DNA of 51,694 nucleotides from Bacteroides uniformis. Lineage in GTDB: Bacteria; Bacillota_I; Bacilli_A; RFN20; CAG-288. Where the stretch lies: NCBI GenBank assembly GCA_963600815.1, contig CAVCCX010000007.1:1-51694 (forward strand), in the 5' to 3' direction. The notes under the pieces are model-generated. The model ran no database searches. It saw only the letters and a list, made by a program, of their open reading frames with translations, and had not been told where the DNA came from. The first letter of the stretch is position 1; each line of letters opens with the position of its first letter. The translations under genes and the position numbers were made by a program. Shown one piece after another: positions 18,750 to 29,271 of this stretch.

Positions 18750-19142
18750 TTAGCCACGGGGCTTCTTTGCCGGACGGCAGCCGTTATGCGGAATAGGAGT
18801 GACGTCGGCAATGGACAGGACCTTCAGTCCTGCAGCTTCCAAAGCACGGCAAGCAGTTTCTCTTCCCGGGCCAGGACCCTTGATTTCGACATCAACACTT
18901 CTCAAGCCACGATCGAAGCAGGTTTTGGCAACATTGGTGGCAGCAATCTGAGCAGCGAATGGTGTGGACTTTCTGCTTCCAGAATAACCGGAGGTACCGG
19001 CACTGGCCCAAGCGATGACACGACCCTGTTCATCCGTGATGGAGATGATTGTGTTGGAGAAAGTCGCATGGATATGGGCAACACCCTTGGTGAAGGTAAG
19101 TTTTGCCTTCTTCTTTCTGATAGTAGTCTTTTTATCAGCCAT
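18750..19142 (-). CDS. rpsK: 30S ribosomal protein S11
   Basis: 130 aa with [14 protein letters not shown] and [12 protein letters not shown]. Confidence 0.95.
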   Translation of the reverse strand: MADKKTTIRKKKAKLTFTKGVAHIHATFSNTIISITDEQGRVIAWASAGTSGYSGSRKSTPFAAQIAATNVAKTCFDRGLRSVDVEIKGPGPGRETACRALEAAGLKVLSIADVTPIPHNGCRPAKKPRG

Positions 19143-19160
19143 TTTATTCGTTCCTCCCGA

Positions 19161-19535
19161 TTACATTGTTGCTTTCTTATGGTTGGCAACTGTCTTTCTC
19201 GGACCTTTGCAGGTACGAGCATTGGTTTTGTCTCTCTGACCACGGCAAGGAAGATTCTTCTTGTGTCTCTGGCCACGATAGGTACCAATTTCTTCAAGTC
19301 TCTTGATATCAAGAGCATACTGTCTGCGCAAGTCACCTTCGACGACATATTTGGCGACTTCATTTCTGACAGCGGTAAGTTCTTCTTCAGAACAATCTTT
19401 GACACGCTTTGTGCCATCAACTTTGGCGGCAACGACGATTTTCTTGGCAGTGGTCAATCCGATACCATAGATGTAACGGAGAGAATAAACCAACTGCTTA
19501 TCGTTCGGAATATCAACGCCTGCAATACGAGCCAT
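19161..19535 (-). CDS. rpsM: 30S ribosomal protein S13
   Basis: 124 aa beginning [10 protein letters not shown], with [16 protein letters not shown]. Confidence 0.95.
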   Translation of the reverse strand: MARIAGVDIPNDKQLVYSLRYIYGIGLTTAKKIVVAAKVDGTKRVKDCSEEELTAVRNEVAKYVVEGDLRRQYALDIKRLEEIGTYRGQRHKKNLPCRGQRDKTNARTCKGPRKTVANHKKATM

Positions 19536-19553
19536 ATTTCCGATTTCCTTTCT

Positions 19554-19667
19554 TTAACCTTGTCTCTGCTTATGCTTTGGATTGGAGCAGATGACCATAA
19601 CACGTCCCTTACGCTTAATAACTCTGCACTTGTCGCAGATCGGCTTAACTGAAGCTCTAACTTTCAT
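19554..19667 (-). CDS. rpmJ: 50S ribosomal protein L36 (zinc-ribbon C+ form)
   Basis: Absent from the ORF track because it is under 60 aa. Own translation: [37 protein letters not shown]. Confidence 0.9.
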   Translation of the reverse strand: MKVRASVKPICDKCRVIKRKGRVMVICSNPKHKQRQG

Positions 19668-19690
19668 TGTTAAGTTCTCCTTTAGCAAAT

Positions 19691-19909
19691 TTACTTAAAT
19701 CGGTACACAATGCAACCATTCGTGACATCATAAGGAGAGATTTCCACCGTGACTTTATCTCCGGGAAGAATATGAATCTTGTTCATTCTCATCTTGCCGG
19801 ATACTCTGGCGCGAATCACGGCGCCTCCGTCGAGCTGTACCGAATACTTCTCGCCGGGAAGGGAATCGAGAATTGTTCCCTCCATCTTAATGAAATCTTC
19901 TCTGCTCAT
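19691..19909 (-). CDS. infA: translation initiation factor IF-1
   Basis: 72 aa S1-like fold ([16 protein letters not shown]). ATGA overlap with the map stop. Confidence 0.95.
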   Translation of the reverse strand: MSREDFIKMEGTILDSLPGEKYSVQLDGGAVIRARVSGKMRMNKIHILPGDKVTVEISPYDVTNGCIVYRFK

Positions 19910-20712
19910 TCTTTGTTTCCATTCTCCAATTCATTTAGATGTCGTTTGACATTGGAGTCAACCGACGTAACAATAGCCCCATCCGCTGTGATGACGACGT
20001 CATTCTCATAGTGACAGGTTAACTTCTTATCGGCTGACACGATTCCCCAACCATCCTTGAGGGTGATGATATCACTCTTTCCTGCAAGGACCATCGGTTC
20101 GATCGCGAGACACATGCCTTCCCTCAGATAAGGACCAAGTCCCATCTCCGGAGAGTAGTAGTTGTAGATGAAGGGATCTTCATGCATCTCTTTTCCGATA
20201 CCATGGCCGCCATACTCCTTGACGAGCGAGTAGCCATATTTATCGGCCGTTCTTTGTATCGCCATGCTGATTTCATACAGATGACGACCAGGCTTAAGAA
20301 CTTTGAAAGCCTCCCAGAAACATTCTTCGGTGCAACGGATGAGCCGTTTCGCTTCATCGGAGATATTTCCAACAGCGAAGGTTCTGCAGGCATCGCCATT
20401 GTAACCATTCTCATCAAGGTTACCCATATCGATGCTCACAATGTCCCCTTCCTTCAGAATGATATTTTTTGAGGGAATACCATGGATCAAGGTAGAATTG
20501 ACGGAGGCACAGACAGCCCAGTGATAGCCTTCTTCCAGGGCAAAGTTTGGTTTGCCGGAGGTCTCACGGATGTACTTCTCTGCCAACTTATCGATTTCAG
20601 CAGTGCTTCTGCCGGGCTTGATTTCTTCGGCCAATCTGTCGAAGACAGTGCCCAACTTGTTTCCTGCCTCAATCATCTTCTCCATTTCTCGCTTGGTTTT
20701 GATGATGATCAT
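19906..20712 (-). CDS. map: type I methionine aminopeptidase
   Basis: 268 aa with metal-ligand context DIVSIDMG, GDACRTF, GHGIG and IEPM. Confidence 0.9.
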   Translation of the reverse strand: MIIIKTKREMEKMIEAGNKLGTVFDRLAEEIKPGRSTAEIDKLAEKYIRETSGKPNFALEEGYHWAVCASVNSTLIHGIPSKNIILKEGDIVSIDMGNLDENGYNGDACRTFAVGNISDEAKRLIRCTEECFWEAFKVLKPGRHLYEISMAIQRTADKYGYSLVKEYGGHGIGKEMHEDPFIYNYYSPEMGLGPYLREGMCLAIEPMVLAGKSDIITLKDGWGIVSADKKLTCHYENDVVITADGAIVTSVDSNVKRHLNELENGNKE

Positions 20713-21383
20713 TACTCAGCCTCGTCCAATATCTTCTGAATATCAGAGAAGACAGCATCGATGCTCTGAAGGGCATCGACTTTTCCCAAGACGCCTTTCT
20801 CTTCATAATGCTTGGCGATCGGATACGTCTGAGAGGCATAGGCCTCAAGACGGACCTTGAAGGCTTCGGCATTATCATCCTTGCGCTGGATGAGCTTTTC
20901 TCCACAGCAATCACAGACGCCTTCCACTTTTGGTTTCTTCGTCAGGATGTTGTAGCTTGCTCCGCAGGACGGGCAGACACGTCTGGAAGTGATGCGGGAT
21001 GTCAGAACCTCGTCATCAGCCACCATGAGGATGACCGAATTGATTCTTCTTCCCATCTTCTCCAATAATTTATCCAAGGCTTCTGCCTGGGGAATGGTTC
21101 TCGGGAAGCCATCCAGAAGGAATCCCTTCCGGCAGTCTTCTTTCGAAAGTCTTTCCTCGACAAGACCAATGGTCACTTCATCGGGAACAAGTGCTCCCTG
21201 ATTCATGTATTCACTGGCCTTCAAGCCCAATGGAGTCTTATTGCTGATAGCAGCACGGAACATATCGCCGGTCGAAATATGTGGCACGGCGAACTTCTCG
21301 ACAATCAATTCCGACTGGGTTCCCTTGCCTGCGGCAGGGGGACCCATCAGAATGATATTCAATTCTTTGTTCTGATTATTCAT
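20712..21383 (-). CDS. adk: adenylate kinase with a zinc-binding lid
   Basis: P-loop GPPAAGKGTQ. The lid carries CPSCG...CDCCG. Confidence 0.95.
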   Translation of the reverse strand: MNNQNKELNIILMGPPAAGKGTQSELIVEKFAVPHISTGDMFRAAISNKTPLGLKASEYMNQGALVPDEVTIGLVEERLSKEDCRKGFLLDGFPRTIPQAEALDKLLEKMGRRINSVILMVADDEVLTSRITSRRVCPSCGASYNILTKKPKVEGVCDCCGEKLIQRKDDNAEAFKVRLEAYASQTYPIAKHYEEKGVLGKVDALQSIDAVFSDIQKILDEAE

Positions 21384-21385
21384 AG

Positions 21386-22726
21386 TTACATCTCACTTTC
21401 GGCAAAGCCTTGACCAGCAAGGATACCATTGATCTGATTGTTGATTTCCAATGCGACACCGACAACGATGATGAGACCTGTTCCACCCAAGGACAGACTT
21501 GTCGGAACAGCTCCCGTCAAAGAAAGGATGACAGGAAGCAAGGCAATGAGGGTAAGAGACATCGAACCGATGAATGTGATGCGGTTGAGAACCTTGGAGA
21601 TGTATCTTTCCGTTTCGACGCCTGGCTTGATACCGGTGATGTATGTGCCGGACTGTTGGAAGTTCTCGGCGATACGCTCCGGATTGATTTCAAGCTGAGC
21701 ATAGAAGTAGGAGAAGGCAATGATCAGGATGGCGTAGATGATGGTTCCCCAGGGCATGGAGAAGGAATCACCCATGGTTGTCATAGCCTGATAATTGAAC
21801 ACCTCTTCGATTTTCGTTGCCCATGCTGGCGGATTTCCATTGCTGAAGAGAGAGATGATGATGCTTGGAGCCACCATGATGGAGCTGGCGAAGATAACCG
21901 GCATGACGGAACTTGCATTGACCTTAATCGGTAGGAAACTAGCCTGCTGATAGGCCAACTCATTGCTCGAAGATGTATTCGAGTGGGAAATCGGCATCTT
22001 TCGAACCGACTTCTCAATGAATGTGACAAAGACGACGATTAAGACCAGGGCCAAGAGATAGACCGAGATCTGCACAGCACCTTCCAAAATCAAGGATGCA
22101 TCCCCGGTCTGGACCTTATCGCCAAGATAAGAGGTGAACGCGGTGGAGATTTGGCTTGGAAGAGAGGAAATGATACCTTCAAAAATCAAGACAGAGATAC
22201 CATTACCGATACCCTTATCCGTGATCTGGTCACCCAACCAGGTGAGGATCAGCGTACCCGCAATCATATAGACAATAATCTTCGTATAACCCCAGGCGGA
22301 ATCGTCTGCAAGCGTGATGCCATTGCTGTTCTTGAGAGCGACAATGATACCATATGCCTGAACGGCAGCCAAGGCAACAGAGAGGAGTCTGGTGACAACA
22401 TCGAGTTTCTTTCGACCCGTCTCGCCTTCCTTGGACATATTCGTCAAGGCTGGAAGAACGTCCATGCTGAGAAGCTGGATAATGATTTGTGCTGTAATGT
22501 AAGGAGAGACACCCAAGGCAAGAATCGAGAAATTCTGCAAGGCACCTCCACCCATCATGTTCAGTAATGAAAAGGAAGATGTGGTATCGTCCCAGAGGTT
22601 GGAACTGACGGTAACCCCTGGAACGGTGATAGCCGACCCAATTCGGAAGACAAGGAAAATTGCCAACGTAAATAAGATACGATTCAAAACGTCCTTGTTA
22701 TGGAAAAATGCGGCTACTTTTTTCAT
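21386..22726 (-). CDS. secY: preprotein translocase subunit SecY
   Basis: 446 aa, ten-TM pattern, in the rplO-secY-adk position. Confidence 0.95.
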   Translation of the reverse strand: MKKVAAFFHNKDVLNRILFTLAIFLVFRIGSAITVPGVTVSSNLWDDTTSSFSLLNMMGGGALQNFSILALGVSPYITAQIIIQLLSMDVLPALTNMSKEGETGRKKLDVVTRLLSVALAAVQAYGIIVALKNSNGITLADDSAWGYTKIIVYMIAGTLILTWLGDQITDKGIGNGISVLIFEGIISSLPSQISTAFTSYLGDKVQTGDASLILEGAVQISVYLLALVLIVVFVTFIEKSVRKMPISHSNTSSSNELAYQQASFLPIKVNASSVMPVIFASSIMVAPSIIISLFSNGNPPAWATKIEEVFNYQAMTTMGDSFSMPWGTIIYAILIIAFSYFYAQLEINPERIAENFQQSGTYITGIKPGVETERYISKVLNRITFIGSMSLTLIALLPVILSLTGAVPTSLSLGGTGLIIVVGVALEINNQINGILAGQGFAESEM

Positions 22727-23244
22727 TACTTATCCTCTTTTTCAGTGTCCTGATCGAAAGAGGCCAAAGTCTTGTTGAAAGCAATTCTTGCTTCCTTCAA
22801 GGTTTCGACGGAAGTGGTACCACCGACCTTTTCAATGGCTTCCTTGGCAGACTTTGTGAAAGCCTGGACGGTGACATTGAGTTTCTTGGTCAATTCGCCA
22901 TTGCCAAGGATTTTGACTGGCTTGTTGAGGTTTCTCAGAAGGCCAGCGAAAACCAAGGCGGTGTCGTTGACTGTGGTTCCATCGGCGAAGATGGCATCCA
23001 AGTCACTGAGCTTCACAATCGCATATTCGACTCTGCCATAGTTGGTGAAACCATGCTTTGGCAAACGTCTGTAAAGAGGCAGCTGACCGCCTTCAAAGCC
23101 GACCGGAACCTTGCGTCCCTGTCTGGCACCCTGACCTTTTTGACCACGGGTGGAGGTCTTGCCCATGCCGGAACCTAAACCACGTCCAACCTTCTTCGGA
23201 AGATGACGGGAACCTTCAGCGATTTTGAGATCATGTAATTCCAT
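22726..23244 (-). CDS. rplO: 50S ribosomal protein L15 with about 25 aa C-terminal extension
   Basis: 172 aa with KKVGRGLGSGMGKTSTRGQKGQ. Confidence 0.9.
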   Translation of the reverse strand: MELHDLKIAEGSRHLPKKVGRGLGSGMGKTSTRGQKGQGARQGRKVPVGFEGGQLPLYRRLPKHGFTNYGRVEYAIVKLSDLDAIFADGTTVNDTALVFAGLLRNLNKPVKILGNGELTKKLNVTVQAFTKSAKEAIEKVGGTTSVETLKEARIAFNKTLASFDQDTEKEDK

Positions 23245-23259
23245 AGTTCAATCCTCCAA

Positions 23260-23928
23260 TTACTTTTCTTCCGGAGCTTTTTCAGCAACCGGCTTCTTTC
23301 CATAGCGGGTTTCGAGGACGGATTCGAAGGTCTTGAGCTGGTTGAGGGCATCCACAGTGGCTTTGACGACATTGCCCTGGGTTCTCGAACCATAGATCTT
23401 GGAATAGACGTTCTTGACACCAGATAATTCAAGAATGGAACGGACAGCACCGCCGGCGACAAGTCCTGTGCCAGCCGGAGCCGGTTTCAAGAAGACCTGA
23501 GTGGCACCGAAATGACCCATGACTGGGTGAGCAATGGTATCGCCCTTGGAAATGGTGATCTTGAACATATTCTTCTTGGCGACGGCCAAGGCTTTCTTGA
23601 TTGCATCCGGGACTTCGTTGGATTTTCCAAGTCCGTAACCGAATTTGCCTTTTCCATCACCGATGACGACTAAGGCTGTGAAGCGAACACGCTTGCCACC
23701 CTTGACCGTCTTGGCGACTCTGGAGATCTTGATGATCTTCTCATCGTAGAGTTTTTCTTCTTTTCTTCCGCGGCCATTCTTGTCACCACGGTTGAAACGG
23801 CGACCGCCATTGCCGAAACGTTTGTTTCCCTTAGCATTGGCAGCAGACTTCTCACCGCCCTGGGCGGCTTCAGCCTTGACTCCGGAATCAGTTTCCGGAG
23901 CGACGTTCTCATTTAATTCTTCAGCCAT
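23260..23928 (-). CDS. rpsE: 30S ribosomal protein S5 with about 45 aa Gly/Arg/Lys-rich N-terminal extension
   Basis: 222 aa. S5 core starts near IIKISRVAKTVKGGKRVRF. Confidence 0.9.
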   Translation of the reverse strand: MAEELNENVAPETDSGVKAEAAQGGEKSAANAKGNKRFGNGGRRFNRGDKNGRGRKEEKLYDEKIIKISRVAKTVKGGKRVRFTALVVIGDGKGKFGYGLGKSNEVPDAIKKALAVAKKNMFKITISKGDTIAHPVMGHFGATQVFLKPAPAGTGLVAGGAVRSILELSGVKNVYSKIYGSRTQGNVVKATVDALNQLKTFESVLETRYGKKPVAEKAPEEK

Positions 23929-23943
23929 TTTAATTGTTTCTCC

Positions 23944-24300
23944 TTAGAAGACCAAACCAGCTTCTCTTAAAGCTTCAGCGACAGCCTTGACCTGTCCGTG
24001 ATAGAGATATCCGGAACGATCGAAGACAACTTTCTCAATCTTGAGATCCTTGGCTTTCTGAGCCAAATCAGCACCGACCTTGGTGGCAGCGTCGACATTG
24101 GAAGGATTATCCAAGCCGAGTTTGGCACTCGAGGAAGCAGCGAGAGTCTTACCCGCAGTATCATCAACTAAAGCGGCATAGATGAACTTGTTGGAACGGA
24201 AGACAGAAACGCGCGGACGATCAGCAGTGCCCTTGACTTTGGCTCTGATTCTGATGTGACGATGCAATCTCTGTTTGTTCTTATTGAATGCAGTATACAT
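23944..24300 (-). CDS. rplR: 50S ribosomal protein L18
   Basis: 118 aa with RPRVSVFRSNKFIYA and DRSGYLYHGQVKA. Confidence 0.95.
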   Translation of the reverse strand: MYTAFNKNKQRLHRHIRIRAKVKGTADRPRVSVFRSNKFIYAALVDDTAGKTLAASSSAKLGLDNPSNVDAATKVGADLAQKAKDLKIEKVVFDRSGYLYHGQVKAVAEALREAGLVF

Positions 24301-24315
24301 GTTTCATCTCTCCTT

Positions 24316-24864
24316 TTAAGCGGACTTCTTGGCAGAAGCGGGCTGACGCAATGTAATGACTTCGCCCTGATAGCGGATGCCCTTGCCATGATAGCATTCC
24401 GGCTTTCTGACATCGCGGATGACAGCAGCGACCTGACCGACTTTCTGTTTGTCGATACCTTCGACGATGATGTTCATCGTCTTGGCTTCGATGCTGACCT
24501 TCACGCCGTCAACAGCATGAATGACATCTGGATGGGAGTGGCCGACATAAAGGACAAGATCAGTGCCCTTCATTTCAGCTCTGTAACCGACACCCTTGAT
24601 TTCAAGGACCTTCTTGAAGCCCTCGTTGACACCTTTGACCATGTCGTTGATGATGGCACGGGCAGTACCATGATTCATACGCATTTCAATGGAGTCGTTC
24701 GGACGGGTGACATGAAGCTTGCCGTCCTTGATTTCGAAATTCAGATGCTTATGGAAAGTTTGGGTCAGTTCACCGAGCTTGCCTTTGACAGTGACAACAC
24801 CATCTTTGCAGGTAACAGTGACGCCTTCCGGAATAGCAATAGGTTCTCTACCGATTCTAGACAT
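24316..24864 (-). CDS. rplF: 50S ribosomal protein L6
   Basis: 182 aa starting MSRIGREPIAIPEGV. Confidence 0.95.
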   Translation of the reverse strand: MSRIGREPIAIPEGVTVTCKDGVVTVKGKLGELTQTFHKHLNFEIKDGKLHVTRPNDSIEMRMNHGTARAIINDMVKGVNEGFKKVLEIKGVGYRAEMKGTDLVLYVGHSHPDVIHAVDGVKVSIEAKTMNIIVEGIDKQKVGQVAAVIRDVRKPECYHGKGIRYQGEVITLRQPASAKKSA

Positions 24865-24876
24865 TTCCCTACCTCC

Positions 24877-25278
24877 TTACCAAACGTAGGCAAGCACTTC
24901 GCCGCCGACATTCAGTTTTCTAGCATTCTTATCTGTCATGATTCCGCTGGAAGTGGAAACAATCGCGATGCCTAAGCCGTTGAGAACTCTTGGGAGCTTA
25001 TCGGCAGAGACAGTGACACGGAGACCTGGTTTGGAGATTCTCTTGATGCCAGTGATGACACGATTGTTCTTGGAATCATATTTCATCTTGATGGTCAAAG
25101 TCTTGGAAGGCTTACCTTCTTCAGCCTTGACGGAATAACCGGCGATGAAGCCTTCTTCCTTCAAGATTTCGCAGACTTTTTCACCGAGTTTGAAGGTCGG
25201 AAGAGACACTTCTTCGGCTTTGCTCATATTGGCATTGCGAATACGGGTTAATAAATCGGACAATGTATCGTTAACCAT
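24877..25278 (-). CDS. rpsH: 30S ribosomal protein S8
   Basis: 133 aa with [13 protein letters not shown] and EVLAYVW at the C-terminus. Confidence 0.95.
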   Translation of the reverse strand: MVNDTLSDLLTRIRNANMSKAEEVSLPTFKLGEKVCEILKEEGFIAGYSVKAEEGKPSKTLTIKMKYDSKNNRVITGIKRISKPGLRVTVSADKLPRVLNGLGIAIVSTSSGIMTDKNARKLNVGGEVLAYVW

Positions 25279-25296
25279 ATTAGTTCTCTCCTTTCC

Positions 25297-25485
25297 TTAC
25301 CAGCTGGCCTTGTGCATGCCAGGGATTTCGCCCTTGTAGGCCATTTCTCTCAAGCAGATACGGCAGACACCGAACTGTTTGAGAACACCATGGACTCTTC
25401 CGCAGCGGCTGCAGCGGGAGTAGTTCTGGGTCTTTGGATGCTTCTTCGGGGAAGCACATTTGACGATTAAAGCTTTTCTTGCCAT
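25297..25485 (-). CDS. rpsN: 30S ribosomal protein S14 type Z (zinc form)
   Basis: 62 aa with CSRCGR...CRIC. Confidence 0.9.
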   Translation of the reverse strand: MARKALIVKCASPKKHPKTQNYSRCSRCGRVHGVLKQFGVCRICLREMAYKGEIPGMHKASW

Positions 25486-25500
25486 TGTTTCATCCTCCTA

Positions 25501-26112
25501 TTACTTAGAGAAAGGCATGCCGAGTTTGGTCAAAAGAGCGGCAGCTTCCTTATCGGTCTTAGCAGTTGTGACAACGACAACGTCCATACCCTGGGTACGG
25601 TTGACTTTATCATACTGGATTTCAGGGAAAATCAATTGTTCCTTGACACCGACAGAGTAATTTCCACGACCATCGAAAGAATCCTTGGAGATACCACGGA
25701 AATCTCTGACACGTGGCAAATCGATTGTGATGAACTTATCTAAGAAGTCATACATACGGACTCTTCTGAGAGTGACCTTGACACCGACGGCAGCGCCTTC
25801 ACGGAGCTTGAAGTTCGCGATGGACTTCTTGGCCTTGGTGACGATTGGATGCTGGCCGGCGATGGTGGCCATCTGAGAGACAGCTTCCTCGACGTTCTTT
25901 TCGTTTCCGCCAGCTTCGCCCAATCTCATGTTGAGGACGACCTTGACGATCTTCGGGCATTCCATAACGGACTTGTATCCGAATTCCTTCATGAGTTCAG
26001 GAACGATTTCTTCCTTATACTTTGTCTCAAGACGGGAGGTATAAGCAGCTTTCTGATTGCCCTGATTGTGGGCTTTTTTCACGGACACGCCGTTTTTCTT
26101 TTCTTCAGCCAT
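25501..26112 (-). CDS. rplE: 50S ribosomal protein L5 with about 24 aa N-terminal extension
   Basis: Start set at ATG 26112, 6 nt after AAGGAGA. The ORF-track start at 26118 is a TTG. L5 core starts at [14 protein letters not shown]. Confidence 0.9.
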   Translation of the reverse strand: MAEEKKNGVSVKKAHNQGNQKAAYTSRLETKYKEEIVPELMKEFGYKSVMECPKIVKVVLNMRLGEAGGNEKNVEEAVSQMATIAGQHPIVTKAKKSIANFKLREGAAVGVKVTLRRVRMYDFLDKFITIDLPRVRDFRGISKDSFDGRGNYSVGVKEQLIFPEIQYDKVNRTQGMDVVVVTTAKTDKEAAALLTKLGMPFSK

Positions 26113-26123
26113 TTTCAATCTCC

Positions 26124-26432
26124 TTACTTGATCACAGAGCCGCTCTTCTTGGCAACTCTGACTTTCTTACCATCTTTGAGCACGTAGCCAACGCGGGTCG
26201 CACCATTGGTCTTTGGATCGACCAAGGCAACCTTGGAGGCATCAATAGGAAGGTTGATTTCCTTGATGGAACCCTTCGGATTGGCCTGAGAGGGCTTGAC
26301 ATGCTTTTTGTTGACGTTAACGCCTTCGACAACAACTTTGTTGACCTTCGGCATGGCCTTGATGACCTTGCCGGTCTTTCCTTTGTCGTCGCCGGAGAGG
26401 ACGATAACAGTATCACCAGTTTTGACTTTCAT
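26124..26432 (-). CDS. rplX: 50S ribosomal protein L24
   Basis: Start at [19 protein letters not shown], preceded by GGAGGAG. The upstream part of ORF 26124..26480 overlaps rplN. Confidence 0.9.
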   Translation of the reverse strand: MKVKTGDTVIVLSGDDKGKTGKVIKAMPKVNKVVVEGVNVNKKHVKPSQANPKGSIKEINLPIDASKVALVDPKTNGATRVGYVLKDGKKVRVAKKSGSVIK

Positions 26433-26451
26433 GATTTCGCTCCTCCTAGAC

Positions 26452-26826
26452 TTAGAGAACTTCGACTGCCAAAGAGACAATCTTCATATATTTATCGCCC
26501 TTCTCACGAAGTTCACGGGCAACCGGTCCAAAGACACGGGTACCCTTCGGAGAACCATCTTCATTGATGAGGACGACGGCATTGTCATCGAAACGGATGG
26601 TGGAACCATCTTTTCTCTGATAAGCTTTCTTGACACGGACGATGACGCCCTTGACAACATCGGATTTCTTGACTTTGCCGTTCGGGATTGCATCCTTGAC
26701 GGCGCAGATGACGACATCGCCGACGCTGGCAGATTTTCTGTGAGAGCCACCCATGAGGTGGAAGACTCTGACAGAACGAGCACCGGAGTTGTCAGCAACA
26801 ACCAGGTTAGTTTCAGTCTGAACCAT
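26452..26826 (-). CDS. rplN: 50S ribosomal protein L14
   Basis: 124 aa with [10 protein letters not shown] and [11 protein letters not shown]. Confidence 0.95.
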   Translation of the reverse strand: MVQTETNLVVADNSGARSVRVFHLMGGSHRKSASVGDVVICAVKDAIPNGKVKKSDVVKGVIVRVKKAYQRKDGSTIRFDDNAVVLINEDGSPKGTRVFGPVARELREKGDKYMKIVSLAVEVL

Positions 26827-26828
26827 GA

Positions 26829-27110
26829 TTATTCTCCCTTCTTGACCACTTCAACCAAGCGGAAACGCTTGTCGTGGGACAATGGACGGCATTCTTCGAA
26901 GATGACAACATCACCGACTTTGGCGATGGAGTTGCGATCATCGACTTTGTACTTCTTGCGGACAGAGACTCTCTTCTTGTAGATCGGATGAGCCTTGTAG
27001 GTTTCTGTTTCGACGACGATGGTTTTCATCATCTTGGCAGAGATGACAGTTCCCTGTAATCTTCTCTTGCCAGAGGCCTTGATGACCTGTTCATTCAATT
27101 CTTCAGCCAT
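26829..27110 (-). CDS. rpsQ: 30S ribosomal protein S17
   Basis: ATG at 27110, 8 nt after GGAGG. The ORF-track start at 27125 is a TTG lying inside the SD. Motif [18 protein letters not shown]. Confidence 0.9.
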   Translation of the reverse strand: MAEELNEQVIKASGKRRLQGTVISAKMMKTIVVETETYKAHPIYKKRVSVRKKYKVDDRNSIAKVGDVVIFEECRPLSHDKRFRLVEVVKKGE

Positions 27111-27125
27111 TGTATTAGCCTCCAA

Positions 27126-27338
27126 TTACTTGGCCTCAGCCTTCTTGGCTGCAGCCTTTCTTTCGTTTTCGACAGTGAGACATTTTGCGATGTCCTTGCG
27201 GCAGACGGTGATCTTGGCACCGTTATCCAACTGGCCTGCCTTAGCCTGGAATCTCAAGGAGAGAAGTTCTCCCTTGAGTTCGTAGACCTTCATAGCGAGG
27301 TCTTTGTCAGATAATTTTCTAACTTCTTCGATAGTCAT
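27126..27338 (-). CDS. rpmC: 50S ribosomal protein L29
   Basis: Start at MTIEEVRKLSDKDL, forming a TAATG overlap with the rplP stop. 70 aa. Confidence 0.9.
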   Translation of the reverse strand: MTIEEVRKLSDKDLAMKVYELKGELLSLRFQAKAGQLDNGAKITVCRKDIAKCLTVENERKAAAKKAEAK

Positions 27339-27757
27339 TATTTGTTTTCCTCGCCTTTCTTCACAACTCTGGTCGTGACAGAGAGCTTGTAGCCAGCCTG
27401 TCTGAGAGCTGCGATGCAATCAGCAGCAGCGATGCCACCGATTTCGAACATAACCGTTCCCTTATCGACAACGGCATCCCATTTTTCGACAGTACCCTTA
27501 CCGTTACCCATACGGACTTCAGCAGGTTTCTTGGTGATGCCCAAGTAAGGGAAGATACGAATGTAGCATTTTCCGAACTTCTTGGTATATCTGGATAAGA
27601 CAACACGGGCAGATTCAATCTGGCGGTTATTGATGTAGCCAGGGCAGGTCGCAACAAGGCCGTAGTCACCATAGGCGACGGTATTGCATCTGGAAGCGAA
27701 CTGCTTCGGCTTGACTAAATGGCAACGACGCCATTTCTGTCTTTTTGGTTGTAACAT
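27338..27757 (-). CDS. rplP: 50S ribosomal protein L16
   Basis: 139 aa starting MLQPKRQKWRR. Confidence 0.95.
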   Translation of the reverse strand: MLQPKRQKWRRCHLVKPKQFASRCNTVAYGDYGLVATCPGYINNRQIESARVVLSRYTKKFGKCYIRIFPYLGITKKPAEVRMGNGKGTVEKWDAVVDKGTVMFEIGGIAAADCIAALRQAGYKLSVTTRVVKKGEENK

Positions 27758-27759
27758 TC

Positions 27760-28551
27760 TTATTCTCCTTTCTGCTCAGGAGCATCCTTGCTTTCGCTTG
27801 GAGTGGCCTGAGGGGCTGGACGATTGCCACGGTTATTTCCGCGGCCGCCTTTGTTGTTGCTGCGGCCACGTCCGAAACGGCCCTGGTCTGGACGACGGTC
27901 TCTCAATTCCTGATAGTTCTCAGGGAGAGCAATCCAAACCTTAACACCGATGACACCATAGGTGGTCTGGCATGGAGTGTAGGCATAATCGATCGCCTGA
28001 CGCAAGGTATGAAGACCGAGAACACCTTCACGATATTCTTCGGAACGAGCGATTTCGGCACCGCCGATACGGCCCTTGGTCATCGTCTTGCAGCCGAGAG
28101 CACCAGCTCTCATGACTCTCTGGATAGCCTTCTTCTGAACAACACGGTACGAAGCTCTTTCCTGAAGCTGCTTGGCCATATCCTTGGCAACGAGCATGGC
28201 ATCCAAGTCTGGATTCTTGATTTCGACAATCGTGAACTTGATGGACTTCGGATCCTTCTTGAGGATCTTGCTGACCTTCGCCGTGATTTCCTTGATCTGG
28301 GCACCATCCTTGCCTAAGACGATGGCAGGATGCGAGACAAATAAGGAAATGGTGATGTTGTTCTTGATTCTCTCGATATCGACGTGGGACAGACCGGCAT
28401 CGATCTTGTCGAGGAGAGGTTCAAGATACTTTCTGATTTTGATGTCCTCTTCCAAGTAGGAAGCAAAGGTCTTCTTATCGGCATACCAATGACTGGACCA
28501 GTCACGGTTGATGCCTAAACGTAAACCGTTCGGATTGACTTTCTGACCCAT
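27760..28551 (-). CDS. rpsC: 30S ribosomal protein S3 with about 45 aa Arg/Gly-rich C-terminal extension
   Basis: 263 aa starting MGQKVNPNGLRLG. The tail reads RGRSNNKGGRGNNRGNRP. Confidence 0.95.
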   Translation of the reverse strand: MGQKVNPNGLRLGINRDWSSHWYADKKTFASYLEEDIKIRKYLEPLLDKIDAGLSHVDIERIKNNITISLFVSHPAIVLGKDGAQIKEITAKVSKILKKDPKSIKFTIVEIKNPDLDAMLVAKDMAKQLQERASYRVVQKKAIQRVMRAGALGCKTMTKGRIGGAEIARSEEYREGVLGLHTLRQAIDYAYTPCQTTYGVIGVKVWIALPENYQELRDRRPDQGRFGRGRSNNKGGRGNNRGNRPAPQATPSESKDAPEQKGE

Positions 28552-28553
28552 AA

Positions 28554-28955
28554 TTACTTAGCCTCCTTGGTCTTAAGAGTGACATAGACATGAGACCAAC
28601 GCTTGATCAAGCCGCTGGCAGAACCCTTGGCTCTGGGAAGAATTCTCTTGAGTCTCATTGCATCGTTGGCAGTGATTTCAGAGATGTATAAGGAATCGCG
28701 ATTCATATGGAAGTTGTTGACAGCATTGGCTTCAGCAGACTTGATGAGCTTCTCGATATCCTTGGCGCACATCTTGGGGCAGTTCTCTAAGATGGCATAT
28801 GCTGTGTCGAGGTCCTTGCCACGAACCAAATCAATGACAAGTCTGACCTTTCTCGGAGTGACACCATAGTTCAGGAGCTTCGCCTTGGCTTCGGTGACAG
28901 TTTTTTCTTCCGTTACTGGAGTAACTTCCGTTTTCTTTGTTTCTTTATCAGCCAT
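28554..28955 (-). CDS. rplV: 50S ribosomal protein L22 with about 22 aa N-terminal extension
   Basis: Start set at the second ATG, 6 nt after AAGGAGA. L22 core runs from AKAKLLNYGVTPRKVRLV. Confidence 0.9.
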   Translation of the reverse strand: MADKETKKTEVTPVTEEKTVTEAKAKLLNYGVTPRKVRLVIDLVRGKDLDTAYAILENCPKMCAKDIEKLIKSAEANAVNNFHMNRDSLYISEITANDAMRLKRILPRAKGSASGLIKRWSHVYVTLKTKEAK

Positions 28956-28966
28956 GATCATTCTCC

Positions 28967-29251
28967 TTACTTCTTGCTGGTTGTATCATCAGCACCGGAA
29001 CGGTGTGAAGTGAAAGTACGGGTGAAAACGAATTCACCTAACTTGTGACCGACCATATCTTCAGTGATATAGACCGGGACAAAGGCTCTGCCGTTGTGGA
29101 CAGAGATGGTATGTTGGATGAAATCCGGGAAAATGGTGGAACGTCTGGACCAAGTCTTGATGACTTCCTTCTTTCCGGATGCATTCTGCTCCTGAACCTT
29201 CTTGAGGAGCTTTGGATCGCAATATGGACCCTTCTTTAAACTTCTGGACAT
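28967..29251 (-). CDS. rpsS: 30S ribosomal protein S19
   Basis: 94 aa starting [10 protein letters not shown], with GHKLGEF. Confidence 0.95.
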   Translation of the reverse strand: MSRSLKKGPYCDPKLLKKVQEQNASGKKEVIKTWSRRSTIFPDFIQHTISVHNGRAFVPVYITEDMVGHKLGEFVFTRTFTSHRSGADDTTSKK

Positions 29252-29271
29252 TGTTTATTTCTCCTCCTGGA

